Shown: positions 1 to 7,908 of the stretch, one piece after another
How the letters are laid out: each line of letters starts with the position of its first letter
Numbering within the stretch: the first letter of the stretch is position 1
DNA from: Pantoea cypripedii
GTDB taxonomy: Bacteria > Pseudomonadota > Gammaproteobacteria > Enterobacterales > Enterobacteriaceae
Length of the DNA stretch: 32,000 bases
Direction of reading: 5' to 3'
NCBI RefSeq assembly: GCF_011395035.1
Contig: NZ_CP024768.1
Location: 2,744,412-2,776,411 of the forward strand
The notes under the pieces: model-generated
Database searches by the model: none
What the model saw: only the letters and a program-made list of their open reading frames with translations
What the model was told of the DNA's origin: nothing
Position numbers and translations under genes: made by a program

Positions 1-248
1 GGCGAGAGGTTTATCAGCTTGACAAGCTGGGCACCGATGAATCGCTTACCCTCAGCAAACGCTGTATCACGCTCACTGTCCGGCCGGTAGCTCAGGTCGT
101 AATAGCCGGTAAGGCTCATCAGTTCTGCGAGGATGAGCTTTTGCTGTGACTCGGTTGCAACGCCTTTCCCCATCGCTTTCAGGGCGTAGACAAAGGGGAT
201 ATTCTCAGACCATTTGTACGGCAGATACGGCTCAGGTGGCTTTATCAT
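1..248 (-). CDS. Phage morphogenesis-region protein, N-terminal part only (the gene runs off the window)
   Basis: ATG at 248-246 overlaps the portal TGA (ATGA). The frame stays open to base 3 (MIKPPEPYLPYKWSENIPFVYALKAMGKG...). It is absent from the ORF track because no stop lies in the window. Confidence 0.5.
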   Translation of the reverse strand, partial: MIKPPEPYLPYKWSENIPFVYALKAMGKGVATESQQKLILAELMSLTGYYDLSYRPDSERDTAFAEGKRFIGAQLVKLINLS

Positions 249-1858
249 GCTGCGGCCTCATTGAATGATTTGGCTGCATCGGCCACCGTCTGAAGTGTCT
301 GAGCACCGCCCTGAACAGACTGCATTGCTGCTGCATCCTGCTGCTGTTGTGCCTGCTGCTGAATAATCTGGTTGGCGTCATCCTCACTGCGCAGCCATTT
401 AGCCGGTACGCCGTAGCCATCCATCGCGTCGCGGAATGCTGTGCGGATATCAACATCAGCGGTAACGCTGGGGTCAACGGACGCTGCAATCTGGAGCATC
501 CCGGCAGTGGCCTGAAGCTGGCCCTGTTTCTCCTGACCAATCGCAGCCTGAAGCGGACTTTCAAAGGTGAACTGAACATCCTGCCCCTGAAGCGCTGGCG
601 GGATGTCATACTTCGAACCAAACGCGCCAGCCTGCATCAGTAAAGAGAACGTCATATCACACAGCTCGCCGTTGTAGTTCTGCTCAACCGGAGAGAACAG
701 CGGCAACGCCTGGCGGATGTATTCCTGCACGCGCTGACTTACTTCATATGCGGTCATGCCAGATGTCTGCGGAAGCGTCAGGCTGTTCAGATAGAAAGCC
801 TGGTGAATCATGTTGCGGACGTCTTCGCGGATATTCATGCCTGCCGGTAACTGAGCAGACTTGGTGAATTCAGCAATGTGATTGCGGATGTCCTGGTCAC
901 CTTCAATATCCGCCCACGTAATCCCGCCTGACATCAGGTTGAAGTCATCGCGGAACACTGATTTGTTAGCAACCAGTGGCGGGTCTACTGCTTTCTCGCC
1001 AGCCTCAAGCAGCACCCGGGTGATTGACTGAATCAGGCGAGCATCAGGCAGTGCAACAATCGTTGACGGTGAATAGGCGTACTGTGACCCCGAGACTGTC
1101 TGCCAGCGCGGTATGCAGTACATCCGGTTAAGCACCGGCGTTTCTTCCATGATGAATTCGTTTTCGCAGTCGATATAGAGCGAGACGAACGGCGCGCGGC
1201 TTTTGCCGATGGCATAGTCATCATGGGGAACAATGATGTGGCGACACTCAATTTCCCGGTACGGGTCTTTGTCGAGATTAGCGGTGACCTGCGGGCTTAT
1301 CTTGCCGCGGAACAATTGCTGAAGTGCTCGCGCCGTTGGCTTCCACTTGCGATGGATAGTGTCGATTTCACCATTACCATTCTCTGCCCAGGCGATATCA
1401 CGCAGGTGCCAGCAACGATAGAGCAAGCCAGCTGCATCTCTGTTCAGTTCAACGGTGATTGCACACTGCCCGAACGCTGCGAAATCGTGGTCGCCTTCTT
1501 TGGTGGCCCGGACAAACTGAGAACCACGGGAGTACATCGCCCGGTACTGAATGTCTCGCGCCGCCTCAAGCCAGACTTTCGATGAATGGTCCGGCTGATT
1601 GCCTTCAACGCTCAGGTTGAACCACTTATCACGTCGAAGCATTGAAGCAAACGCATCACCGAGCTCACGACGCGCGAGCACCGGATAGCTCGTCATGAGA
1701 TGATCGGCGAATTCATTGCCCAGTGAGCGGGTGATTGTGAAGTCAGCGCGCTCCGGATAGAAGTTGTCAGCGATTTCCTGCCAGAGCGACAGCAGAGACG
1801 ATTTCTTACTGAACAGGTGATCGCCGTTTTTAATCAGTTGCTGCGCTCTTGCGTCCAT
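245..1858 (-). CDS. Portal protein
   Basis: 537-aa ORF directly downstream of terL and a small coupled ORF. Size and position are typical of a portal. The Q-rich acidic C-terminus resembles podovirus head-to-tail connector proteins (recalled, not searched). Confidence 0.8.
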   Translation of the reverse strand: MDARAQQLIKNGDHLFSKKSSLLSLWQEIADNFYPERADFTITRSLGNEFADHLMTSYPVLARRELGDAFASMLRRDKWFNLSVEGNQPDHSSKVWLEAARDIQYRAMYSRGSQFVRATKEGDHDFAAFGQCAITVELNRDAAGLLYRCWHLRDIAWAENGNGEIDTIHRKWKPTARALQQLFRGKISPQVTANLDKDPYREIECRHIIVPHDDYAIGKSRAPFVSLYIDCENEFIMEETPVLNRMYCIPRWQTVSGSQYAYSPSTIVALPDARLIQSITRVLLEAGEKAVDPPLVANKSVFRDDFNLMSGGITWADIEGDQDIRNHIAEFTKSAQLPAGMNIREDVRNMIHQAFYLNSLTLPQTSGMTAYEVSQRVQEYIRQALPLFSPVEQNYNGELCDMTFSLLMQAGAFGSKYDIPPALQGQDVQFTFESPLQAAIGQEKQGQLQATAGMLQIAASVDPSVTADVDIRTAFRDAMDGYGVPAKWLRSEDDANQIIQQQAQQQQDAAAMQSVQGGAQTLQTVADAAKSFNEAAA

Positions 1859-2074
1859 TTAACCACCTAATTTATTGCTACTGCTTCCGGTAAGAATTGT
1901 GCTGGAGCGACCGCTTCGGCTCTGACTCTGTGCAATGCTGCGCAGGCGTGCCTGTTTCACTGCATCGGTATCCTCGGTTGGTGCCGCTTCCGTCTCTTCG
2001 GTCTGCACGGTTGGCGTGCTTGTACCGAGAATGCTGCCGACCACATTGCCAACTGCTTTTGTTACTCCGCCCAT
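1859..2074 (-). CDS. Small Ser/Thr-rich protein between terL and portal
   Basis: 71 aa. Its ATG shares one base with the terL TGA (TGATG), and its TAA abuts the portal ATG. Tightly coupled. Confidence 0.55.
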   Translation of the reverse strand: MGGVTKAVGNVVGSILGTSTPTVQTEETEAAPTEDTDAVKQARLRSIAQSQSRSGRSSTILTGSSSNKLGG

Positions 2075-3669
2075 CAGCGATTCCTCTTCATCTTCGAATG
2101 ACCGAGATTTACTTTTGGCGCGCCACTTCTGACACGGTAGCCGCCTCTGATTTGTTCCTGCTTAATGCCGTCGAACCACGACATCACCACGGCGTCTCCG
2201 TCATCCGGAGAGCGCCCGAGACGCTTAACCAGCGATTCTTTGGCTTCGAGGTGAATCATCCCGCCGCCGTTGCCACCGCGTTTCACCTCATAGGTTGGTG
2301 CGGTAAGGTCAGACAGGAGTGTCGGGTCATCAGGCAGGCAGATTGTTGAGCCGCCCGGCTGGTCAGGATTGAGTGCTTCGCGCAGCTTCCAGTAGGCCTC
2401 TGTTCGCACGTTGGCAAACTTCAGCAGGCCATCCTGCGTTCTGCGAGGTGAGGCTTTGACGCCCATATATGAGACGGTATCCACGCCGTTTTCACGGAGG
2501 TGGGCGTATGCATCGCCGCCCCAGCCACCGCCGATATCGACGATCACCTTTGCGCCATCGCGACGCTTTGAGATAACCAGACCGGCAACATCAGTGCCGC
2601 CTGGCGTTTCTTTGCCGGGAACCTTAATGAGTCTCGCGAACCAGGAGTCATGGCGAGGTGCAAGCACTGTGTTATCAGAGCCACCCTGTGCAACGTCCAC
2701 CCCAATGGCGCTCATTGGAATGCCAACAGGTGGTGCCTCAGTCCAGCGCTTCATAGCTGCCTGAACCCACGCAGTAGGGATTGCCTGATTAGGCTCGTCC
2801 TGCAATGAGGCTCTGAACTGGCCGTCACGGTATGCGTCGCGGAGTTCTTTCGGCAGGCTGTTCAGTATTCGTGAATATTCACCGTCCTGAGCTAGGTCGG
2901 GGTTATCACTCAGCTTTGCAGGGATGAATGTTCTCGACTTTGCATGAATCGGCGAACCATCTGGCGCATAGCCGTGCGGGCCATACCCATCAACCTCAAC
3001 CTCTTCATCTGCTTCGTTGCGGATATACCATCGCAATTCGCCAGGCTTTGCCGGATTGGGGTGATTCGGGTCGAGCCATGCTCCCCAATGCTGAATAACC
3101 CACAGGCCATTGGCATTTGTTGGCGGGTTACCTGTTGCCACCACCCGGCAGCGCTGACCTTTGGTCGTGGAGCGGTTCCAGATGGTGATGAATTCGTACT
3201 GCGCTTTGAGGAAGTCAGTGACCTCATCAAAGCAAATCAGGTCGTGCGGGTCGCCTTTGTAGCGCTGCTTGTCTTCTTCCAGCTCGCAGCCGCCGTACTG
3301 GATTAGCTGCTTCCCACTGCGCCACACGAGGTCTGAACCATTCCACCCAGTGCGATCGCCATCGAACAGTTTGCCAATCAGCTCGGCCTCGGCCAGCTTC
3401 TGGGCATCACCACGGATGCGCCGCAGAATCAGTGAGCGCTCATGCGATGTGACAGCCAGGCCATTAATCAGCGCGCTCTTGCCGCCGCCAGCCTGTCCGC
3501 CATAGAACAGTTCGTCAGCTTCACAGTAGTAAGCATCCGTCTGAGGGCCGGGATTCGGCACCCATGACATACCCTCAGTAGCTGCCATCACGTCTTTTTC
3601 GACAGCCTTCAGCTCTTCCGGCGACAGCGTTTTCAGGCGCTCCAGAACATCATCGAACGATATGCTCAT
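2074..3669 (-). CDS. Terminase large subunit
   Basis: 531 aa with Walker A GGQAGGGKS near the N-terminus. A C-terminal nuclease-type region follows. It sits directly after the small terminase subunit. Confidence 0.9.
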   Translation of the reverse strand: MSISFDDVLERLKTLSPEELKAVEKDVMAATEGMSWVPNPGPQTDAYYCEADELFYGGQAGGGKSALINGLAVTSHERSLILRRIRGDAQKLAEAELIGKLFDGDRTGWNGSDLVWRSGKQLIQYGGCELEEDKQRYKGDPHDLICFDEVTDFLKAQYEFITIWNRSTTKGQRCRVVATGNPPTNANGLWVIQHWGAWLDPNHPNPAKPGELRWYIRNEADEEVEVDGYGPHGYAPDGSPIHAKSRTFIPAKLSDNPDLAQDGEYSRILNSLPKELRDAYRDGQFRASLQDEPNQAIPTAWVQAAMKRWTEAPPVGIPMSAIGVDVAQGGSDNTVLAPRHDSWFARLIKVPGKETPGGTDVAGLVISKRRDGAKVIVDIGGGWGGDAYAHLRENGVDTVSYMGVKASPRRTQDGLLKFANVRTEAYWKLREALNPDQPGGSTICLPDDPTLLSDLTAPTYEVKRGGNGGGMIHLEAKESLVKRLGRSPDDGDAVVMSWFDGIKQEQIRGGYRVRSGAPKVNLGHSKMKRNR

Positions 3670-3670
3670 A

Positions 3671-4228
3671 TCACTTCATCGCTTTGGTAAGAGTGAATGC
3701 CAGGCGGCGGGCTATGGTGTTGAGGTCTTCGGATTTAACAGTGACTTCGCCAGAATGCTCGGTCTGAACTTTCTCCCTGAATGCCTGCACATTGACGTGC
3801 TTGCCAAGCAGCTCAAGGTTCTTAACCTTGTCAGGCCATTTAATTTTCTTGAGGATGTTTTCAGTCGTCGTTTCGTCGAAGTTGGTGATACTGGTATTGA
3901 TATCCAGACCGCTCAGCGTGGTGCGCCAGACTTTCGGCCATTCGCTGATTGGCTTGATACCACCGTCATCATTCAGGATGTCGAGCACATCCATCTGGTC
4001 GATTTCAGCCAGGCGGCGAAGCACATAATCAGCATCGATATCCACGCGTTCGTTACGCGCAGCCTGAAGCGCTGAAATCCGCTCCTGAATGTGAGGTTTG
4101 GTGAGGTTCTCGTAACCTGTCTCTTTAGCAGTCTTCTCGCTGTACCCTGCTCGAATAGCCGCTTGAGTTGCGTTCAGGTCGATAAGGTACTCGCGACAAA
4201 ACATTTCCTGCTTGTCGTTGAGCGCCAT
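3671..4228 (-). CDS. Terminase small subunit
   Basis: Start chosen at MALNDKQEMFCREYLIDLNATQAAIRAGYS (AGGAA SD upstream). This is the N-terminal HTH typical of the Terminase_2 small-subunit family. Its stop lies 1 nt from the terL ATG. Confidence 0.8.
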   Translation of the reverse strand: MALNDKQEMFCREYLIDLNATQAAIRAGYSEKTAKETGYENLTKPHIQERISALQAARNERVDIDADYVLRRLAEIDQMDVLDILNDDGGIKPISEWPKVWRTTLSGLDINTSITNFDETTTENILKKIKWPDKVKNLELLGKHVNVQAFREKVQTEHSGEVTVKSEDLNTIARRLAFTLTKAMK

Positions 4229-4351
4229 TTTAGAATTTCCTGCTGCTTTGTCGGATATATTGCCGTGATGTAGCGATACCACCACATCAGGATTCAGAGT
4301 GTTTATTCTGTCAAAGCCACTACATGAATGGCTTTTGCAGAATTTTATAAA

Positions 4352-4966
4352 TCAATGATTACGAAAGAATGCGTAGGTGCCAATCCCATCGCGACCTAAG
4401 TTGCTTTCGATGGTGTTGTTCTCAGCACAGAGGAACCCGTTGTCATCGAACCAGCGGAGCAGGCCGTAATGAGTCCAGTACCAGATGTGTTCGTCTTTTC
4501 GGAAATGGCGGGATCTGAGTATGTGCGATGAGTCCGTGAAGATGGGGACCGATACGAATACCCATTCAGTTGCCTGCTTAATGGCATTCTCCGGGATGTC
4601 GATATGCTCCAGTACATCCCAGAATGTCAGCGCTTTGCATTTGTGAGCGTAAATGTCGTGATAGGCACCACGGTTAATCAGCCACTCGACACCACGCGGG
4701 TTAACGTCATAGCCTTTACCGTTAATTGCTTCAACGAACTGGCCGCAGCCGATACCCACATCTGTTACAGGCCCCGTATAGTATCGGCGCACCAGGTCAA
4801 CGCGAGCCTGGGTAAGTTTGCGCCCCATCTCCGTGTCGGCCATCTTCTGGTATTTTGCGAAATAGTCGCCATCGTATGGCCTGTCTTTCGGTACGGGGTA
4901 ATGCCCGACGCCCAACTCGGGGAAGAAAGCCAGTTCGCGCTTTACCAGCTCAGAGATGTTTCTCAT
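4352..4966 (-). CDS. Class I SAM-dependent methyltransferase
   Basis: Start at MRNISELV (AGGA SD), overlapping the upstream gene by 17 nt. Motif I is VTDVGIGCGQF, post-I is GYDVN, and motif II-like is FWDVLEHI. Confidence 0.75.
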   Translation of the reverse strand: MRNISELVKRELAFFPELGVGHYPVPKDRPYDGDYFAKYQKMADTEMGRKLTQARVDLVRRYYTGPVTDVGIGCGQFVEAINGKGYDVNPRGVEWLINRGAYHDIYAHKCKALTFWDVLEHIDIPENAIKQATEWVFVSVPIFTDSSHILRSRHFRKDEHIWYWTHYGLLRWFDDNGFLCAENNTIESNLGRDGIGTYAFFRNH

Positions 4967-5840
4967 CCAGCCATCCTTTAACTTTTTCACTGAGGCCGGT
5001 AATCGTTTTGTCGCAGTTGTGATCCATTGACTGGCACATGCAGTAAACGTCCGGGTAGATGAATTTGGTGTTGGAGGTATCCATGTATCGCGGGTCGGAT
5101 ACCAGGTCGGGGTGATTGTTGCCACCGTGGCCGCCGAGAAGGCAGATTGTCGGTGTGCGGTATGCTGTCGCAGCTACCAGGGCGAAACTTACGCCGGTCA
5201 CCACCACAGTAGAACGCTCAATCAGCGCCATCACCTGAGTAATGCTCAGTTCGCCAGAGTGGTATTTCTCATGTGCGAATGGCTCACAGTCCGGTATCCA
5301 TTCTTTCTGGATGCCTGTATCGCAGGTGTCAGCAATGCTGATGCAGTGATAACCACGCTCGGCCAGTAATCGTGAGCACTGGTCAACGTAATCGTTCAGC
5401 GGTCCACGGGATTTATTGCACCACTCGTCACGCTCTGTTGTCGGGCGAATGATGACAACGGGTTTGTTATCGGGTAGCGCAATGGGTGCCGGATAGGACG
5501 GCATGTCCATTAGCGTTGATGGTTCGAAACCAAAGCAGTCTGCAAATGCCTGCATGATGCTTTTCTGTTTCAGGTCATCGTTGTTGTAGCGAGGCTGTAT
5601 TACCTTGCACTTATCAGGTGGGTCACTGAATTTGACCGTGCTTTTCTGTTCATTCCGCCTTTGTGTTCTCAGGTTGCTATTTGCCCTGATGAACTTCAGG
5701 CCGGGCATATCACAGAAAAACTCTGGCAGTGGAGTCCGTACATAAACATCCTTGCCCTGCTTCAGTAGCTCCCTGATAAATGGCCTCTGGAATATCGTGT
5801 CGCCAATACCGTGATAGGTATTTACTAAAACTTTCTTCAC
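4950..5840 (-). CDS. GT-B fold glycosyltransferase, GT9 (heptosyltransferase)-like
   Basis: 296 aa with a GTG start. The N-terminal HGIGDTIFQRPFIRELL and C-terminal ITQVMALIERSTVVVTGVSFALVAATAYRTPTICLLGG resemble ADP-heptose transferase signatures. A Cys/His cluster CMCQSMDHNC lies near the C-terminus. Confidence 0.6.
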   Translation of the reverse strand: MKKVLVNTYHGIGDTIFQRPFIRELLKQGKDVYVRTPLPEFFCDMPGLKFIRANSNLRTQRRNEQKSTVKFSDPPDKCKVIQPRYNNDDLKQKSIMQAFADCFGFEPSTLMDMPSYPAPIALPDNKPVVIIRPTTERDEWCNKSRGPLNDYVDQCSRLLAERGYHCISIADTCDTGIQKEWIPDCEPFAHEKYHSGELSITQVMALIERSTVVVTGVSFALVAATAYRTPTICLLGGHGGNNHPDLVSDPRYMDTSNTKFIYPDVYCMCQSMDHNCDKTITGLSEKVKGWLDEKHL

Positions 5841-6046
5841 TTCTCTGTCTCTCCAGCGTCACGACTCGAACCGGCCACATCGTCGTTCATGCGATGAAAG
5901 GGAAATCCAGCGAGTGGCTGGCAAAACCTTGCCTGCTCCTTTTGCTTACTGATGCGCTGGTACAGGGAGGTTCACCGCGATGCGGCCTGTAGGTCACGGC
6001 TAACATCAGGGCATGCACGGGAGGATCGGCCCGTTCGGGGAAGGCG

Positions 6047-6214
6047 TTACTCGGTGGCGGCCTGTTCCGTTGCAACATCAGCAACGATGTCGGTGATTTC
6101 CAGCACTGGCGCGTTCTCTGCCAGATATTTGGTAACCACAGCTGCTTTCAGGTCGTCGTTTTTGTTTACGATGGCTACAACTTCAGCCGAAGTAAGTGAT
6201 ACGGTCGTGGTCAT
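6047..6214 (-). CDS. Small acidic protein (55 aa), unknown function
   Basis: Hand-translated as MTTTVSLTSAEVVAIVNKNDDLKAAVVTKYLAENAPVLEITDIVADVATEQAATE. AAGGAAAC SD upstream. Below the ORF-track size cutoff. Confidence 0.45.
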   Translation of the reverse strand: MTTTVSLTSAEVVAIVNKNDDLKAAVVTKYLAENAPVLEITDIVADVATEQAATE

Positions 6215-6245
6215 TTCTGTTTCCTTGGTGCTGGGGAATGAAAAA

Positions 6246-6392
6246 TTAAGCCGAGGTGTTACCCGCTGATGCAGCAGCCGCTGCGGCCACTTTCTTCTGA
6301 AACCAGTTGCGGATGGTCACCCAGCCACCACAGACCAGAACGAGAGTTGAAATCACGGCGGAGTACCACGCCAGAATGTCGGTGAGAGTCAT
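6246..6392 (-). CDS. Small single-pass membrane protein (48 aa)
   Basis: ATG overlaps the Rz TGA (ATGA). Sequence is MTLTDILAWYSAVISTLVLVCGGWVTIRNWFQKKVAAAAAASAGNTSA, with one hydrophobic helix. Confidence 0.5.
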   Translation of the reverse strand: MTLTDILAWYSAVISTLVLVCGGWVTIRNWFQKKVAAAAAASAGNTSA

Positions 6393-6937
6393 TTCTTTTC
6401 TCCGGGGTTTGAATTTGCATCGCCAGCAATGACGCCAGCTTTCTGAAGTGATCTGATGTAACCCTGCAAGTAATCTATTTTTGCCTGGTCACTGATGATT
6501 CCGGCGCGGATGTCGAGAACAGACTGTCCAGCGTTTGCAGTGAGGTTGATTTTGGCTGCATCGCCCATGCTGCCGGTGCTGGTTGCTGAGTCTGTGCCGG
6601 GCTTGCAATTTGTGACGGCTTTGGCGTCGAGCTGCACGCGACTATTACCAGAGGCAACAGAACGACGCAGAGCTTCGTTTTCCTGCAACGCATCGGTGAG
6701 TTCTCCGGTGATTTTCTTATCGAGTGCGGCAACGGATGCCTGAACGCCGTTAAGTCCGTCGATGGCTTTCGACAGGTTTTCAGCTGCCTTGTCACTGATG
6801 GATTTCAGCTCGTTAGCCTGGGTGAGCTTCAGCTCTGAAATCTGGTTCGATTTAACCAGGTTATTGCCGAAGGCACCGATTACGACGCCAGCCCCAACTG
6901 CTATTGCGAACAGAAACGTGCTGGCTGATGTGCTCAT
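6389..6937 (-). CDS. Rz: i-spanin (Rz-like)
   Basis: Start at MSTSASTFLFAIAVGAGVVIGAF overlaps the endolysin TGA (ATGA). It has an N-terminal TM helix plus a long coiled-coil-like periplasmic region. An embedded lipoprotein ORF is present. Confidence 0.75.
   Translation of the reverse strand: MSTSASTFLFAIAVGAGVVIGAFGNNLVKSNQISELKLTQANELKSISDKAAENLSKAIDGLNGVQASVAALDKKITGELTDALQENEALRRSVASGNSRVQLDAKAVTNCKPGTDSATSTGSMGDAAKINLTANAGQSVLDIRAGIISDQAKIDYLQGYIRSLQKAGVIAGDANSNPGEKK
6475..6693 (-). CDS. Rz1: o-spanin (Rz1-like lipoprotein) embedded in Rz in another frame
   Basis: MRCRKTKLCVVLLPLVIVAC|SS has a lipobox-type signal followed by a Pro-rich mature part. GGAGAA SD. Lies entirely inside the Rz ORF. 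Confidence 0.7.
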   Translation of the reverse strand: MRCRKTKLCVVLLPLVIVACSSTPKPSQIASPAQTQQPAPAAWAMQPKSTSLQTLDSLFSTSAPESSVTRQK

Positions 6938-7482
6938 TGGTCCGCCTTCAGGCACAGCGCCTTTTCTTTGTCGCGACGGGCAACGAGTCCGGGCAATTTC
7001 TTCCCGCCAGAATTGACGAAATCAGGCAGGTGGTTGCACATCATCGTCCAGTTACCGGCCTGAGCGTATTTGTGTATTGAGGTTTCAAACCAACCTTTTC
7101 GCGCAGGGCTGTAATATTTCTGAAGGCCATCACATCCAACGTTGAAGACAGCACTGGTCATCGCGCTGAATGCGTTATCGGACATTGAGCGACCACGGAA
7201 GCTACGGTTAACGCAGTCTTCCGCAATGCTGATGTTCTTTTCCCAGTCCTTGGCGATCTGTTCGTCAGTCTTGCCCGACCAGACGTTGTGCGTGTTGCCA
7301 ATGCCATCGGTCAGCACGCCAGCCGGGCACACATAAGGATCACGCCGACAGCTTTCAGCATTTCCGATAAGCTCAAGTCCAGCCTGGTTGGTTCGCACAT
7401 TACCGGACGTCACCACAATGGCAATGATTGCCGACACCGAACACACCACGGAGCCAGCTTTAGCAATCTTCTTAATGGACAT
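6934..7482 (-). CDS. R: SAR endolysin (P1 Lyz-like lysozyme)
   Basis: An N-terminal weakly hydrophobic signal-anchor-release segment (AGSVVCSVSAIIAIVVTSG) is followed by NVRTNQAGLELIGNAESCRRDPYVCPAGVLTDGIGNTH. This closely matches the recalled P1 Lyz sequence. The start could be the GTG at 7497 instead. Confidence 0.85.
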   Translation of the reverse strand: MSIKKIAKAGSVVCSVSAIIAIVVTSGNVRTNQAGLELIGNAESCRRDPYVCPAGVLTDGIGNTHNVWSGKTDEQIAKDWEKNISIAEDCVNRSFRGRSMSDNAFSAMTSAVFNVGCDGLQKYYSPARKGWFETSIHKYAQAGNWTMMCNHLPDFVNSGGKKLPGLVARRDKEKALCLKADQ

Positions 7483-7702
7483 CGTTCTGCGCTTCACGTT
7501 TGGCTTTGCTGATCCGGTCCCATACGCCGAAGCCTACAGTCGTTAACCAGCCAAGGATTGATATGATCAACGTCCCTATGACACCTATCGCCGTCCATTG
7601 CTGAGGGGTATACGAATTAAGCAGGTCGCCAAGCCAGTAGAAAAAACCGGTGTACGTGACCGCTTTTGTACCCAACGCGATTTTGTCTGGCATAGTTTTC
7701 AT
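7472..7702 (-). CDS. S: Holin, phage 21 S-like (pinholin class) with dual-start motif
   Basis: MKTMPDKIALGTKAVTYTGFFYWLGDLLNSYTPQQWTAIGVIGTLIISILGWL has two TMDs and an M-K-T-M dual start. GAGGTGAT SD. It resembles the recalled S21 sequence. Confidence 0.8.
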   Translation of the reverse strand: MKTMPDKIALGTKAVTYTGFFYWLGDLLNSYTPQQWTAIGVIGTLIISILGWLTTVGFGVWDRISKAKREAQNDVH

Positions 7703-7807
7703 CTCATCACCTCGCTTGTTAGCGGCGGTGCTGTCTGTGGTCTCAAAGAAAAGTGCGCAACGCCACGTCGTTACAAGGAGTAAGTGAGCAGTGATTGGCG
7801 AGCGCAA

Positions 7808-7838
7808 ATAAAAAAGGGGCCGCTCAATGGCGACCCCT
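7808..7838 (-). terminator. Rho-independent terminator (second of two between Q and holin)
   Basis: On the minus strand AGGGGTCGC-cattga-GCGGCCCCT is followed by TTTTTTATTT. Confidence 0.7.
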
Positions 7839-7860
7839 GAAATTTGTAGGATTTAGAATG

Positions 7861-7904
7861 CAAAAAAGCTGCCGGTGCATTCCTAAGAACACTTACGGCA
7901 GCTT
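7861..7904 (-). terminator. Rho-independent terminator-like hairpin (first, promoter-proximal)
   Basis: On the minus strand AAGCTGCCG...CGGCAGCTT forms a 9-bp stem with a 21-nt structured loop. TTTTTTG follows. Confidence 0.5.
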
Positions 7905-7908
7905 ACCT

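Noticed and set aside
232-1585. Track ORFs 232-621(-), 347-643(+), 1033-1251(-) and 1223-1585(+) overlapping the portal gene
   Set aside because: These are shadow frames of a long, well-supported gene. They have Arg/Ser/Leu-rich low-complexity composition and no SD.
1897-4273. Plus-strand and alternate-frame ORFs inside terL and terS (e.g. 1897-2349, 2411-2764, 2944-3306, 3662-4075, 4091-4273)
   Set aside because: They are antisense or out of frame relative to the terminase genes. Their composition is typical of non-coding frames in GC-rich genes.
4352-5125. Full 257-aa version of the methyltransferase ORF
   Set aside because: The first 53 codons overlap the 3' end of the glycosyltransferase gene and are Thr/Pro/Trp-rich. 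The internal ATG at 4966 has an AGGA SD and begins the recognisable domain.
5855-5875. GGTTCGAGTC T-loop-like motif on the minus strand, a possible tRNA
   Set aside because: The flanking 5-mers (GCCGG/CGTGA) cannot form a T-stem. No acceptor stem or CCA is present.
5887-6084. 65-aa minus-strand ORF in the leader region
   Set aside because: It is Pro/Arg/Ala-rich and has no SD. It overlaps the end of the better-supported 55-aa ORF.
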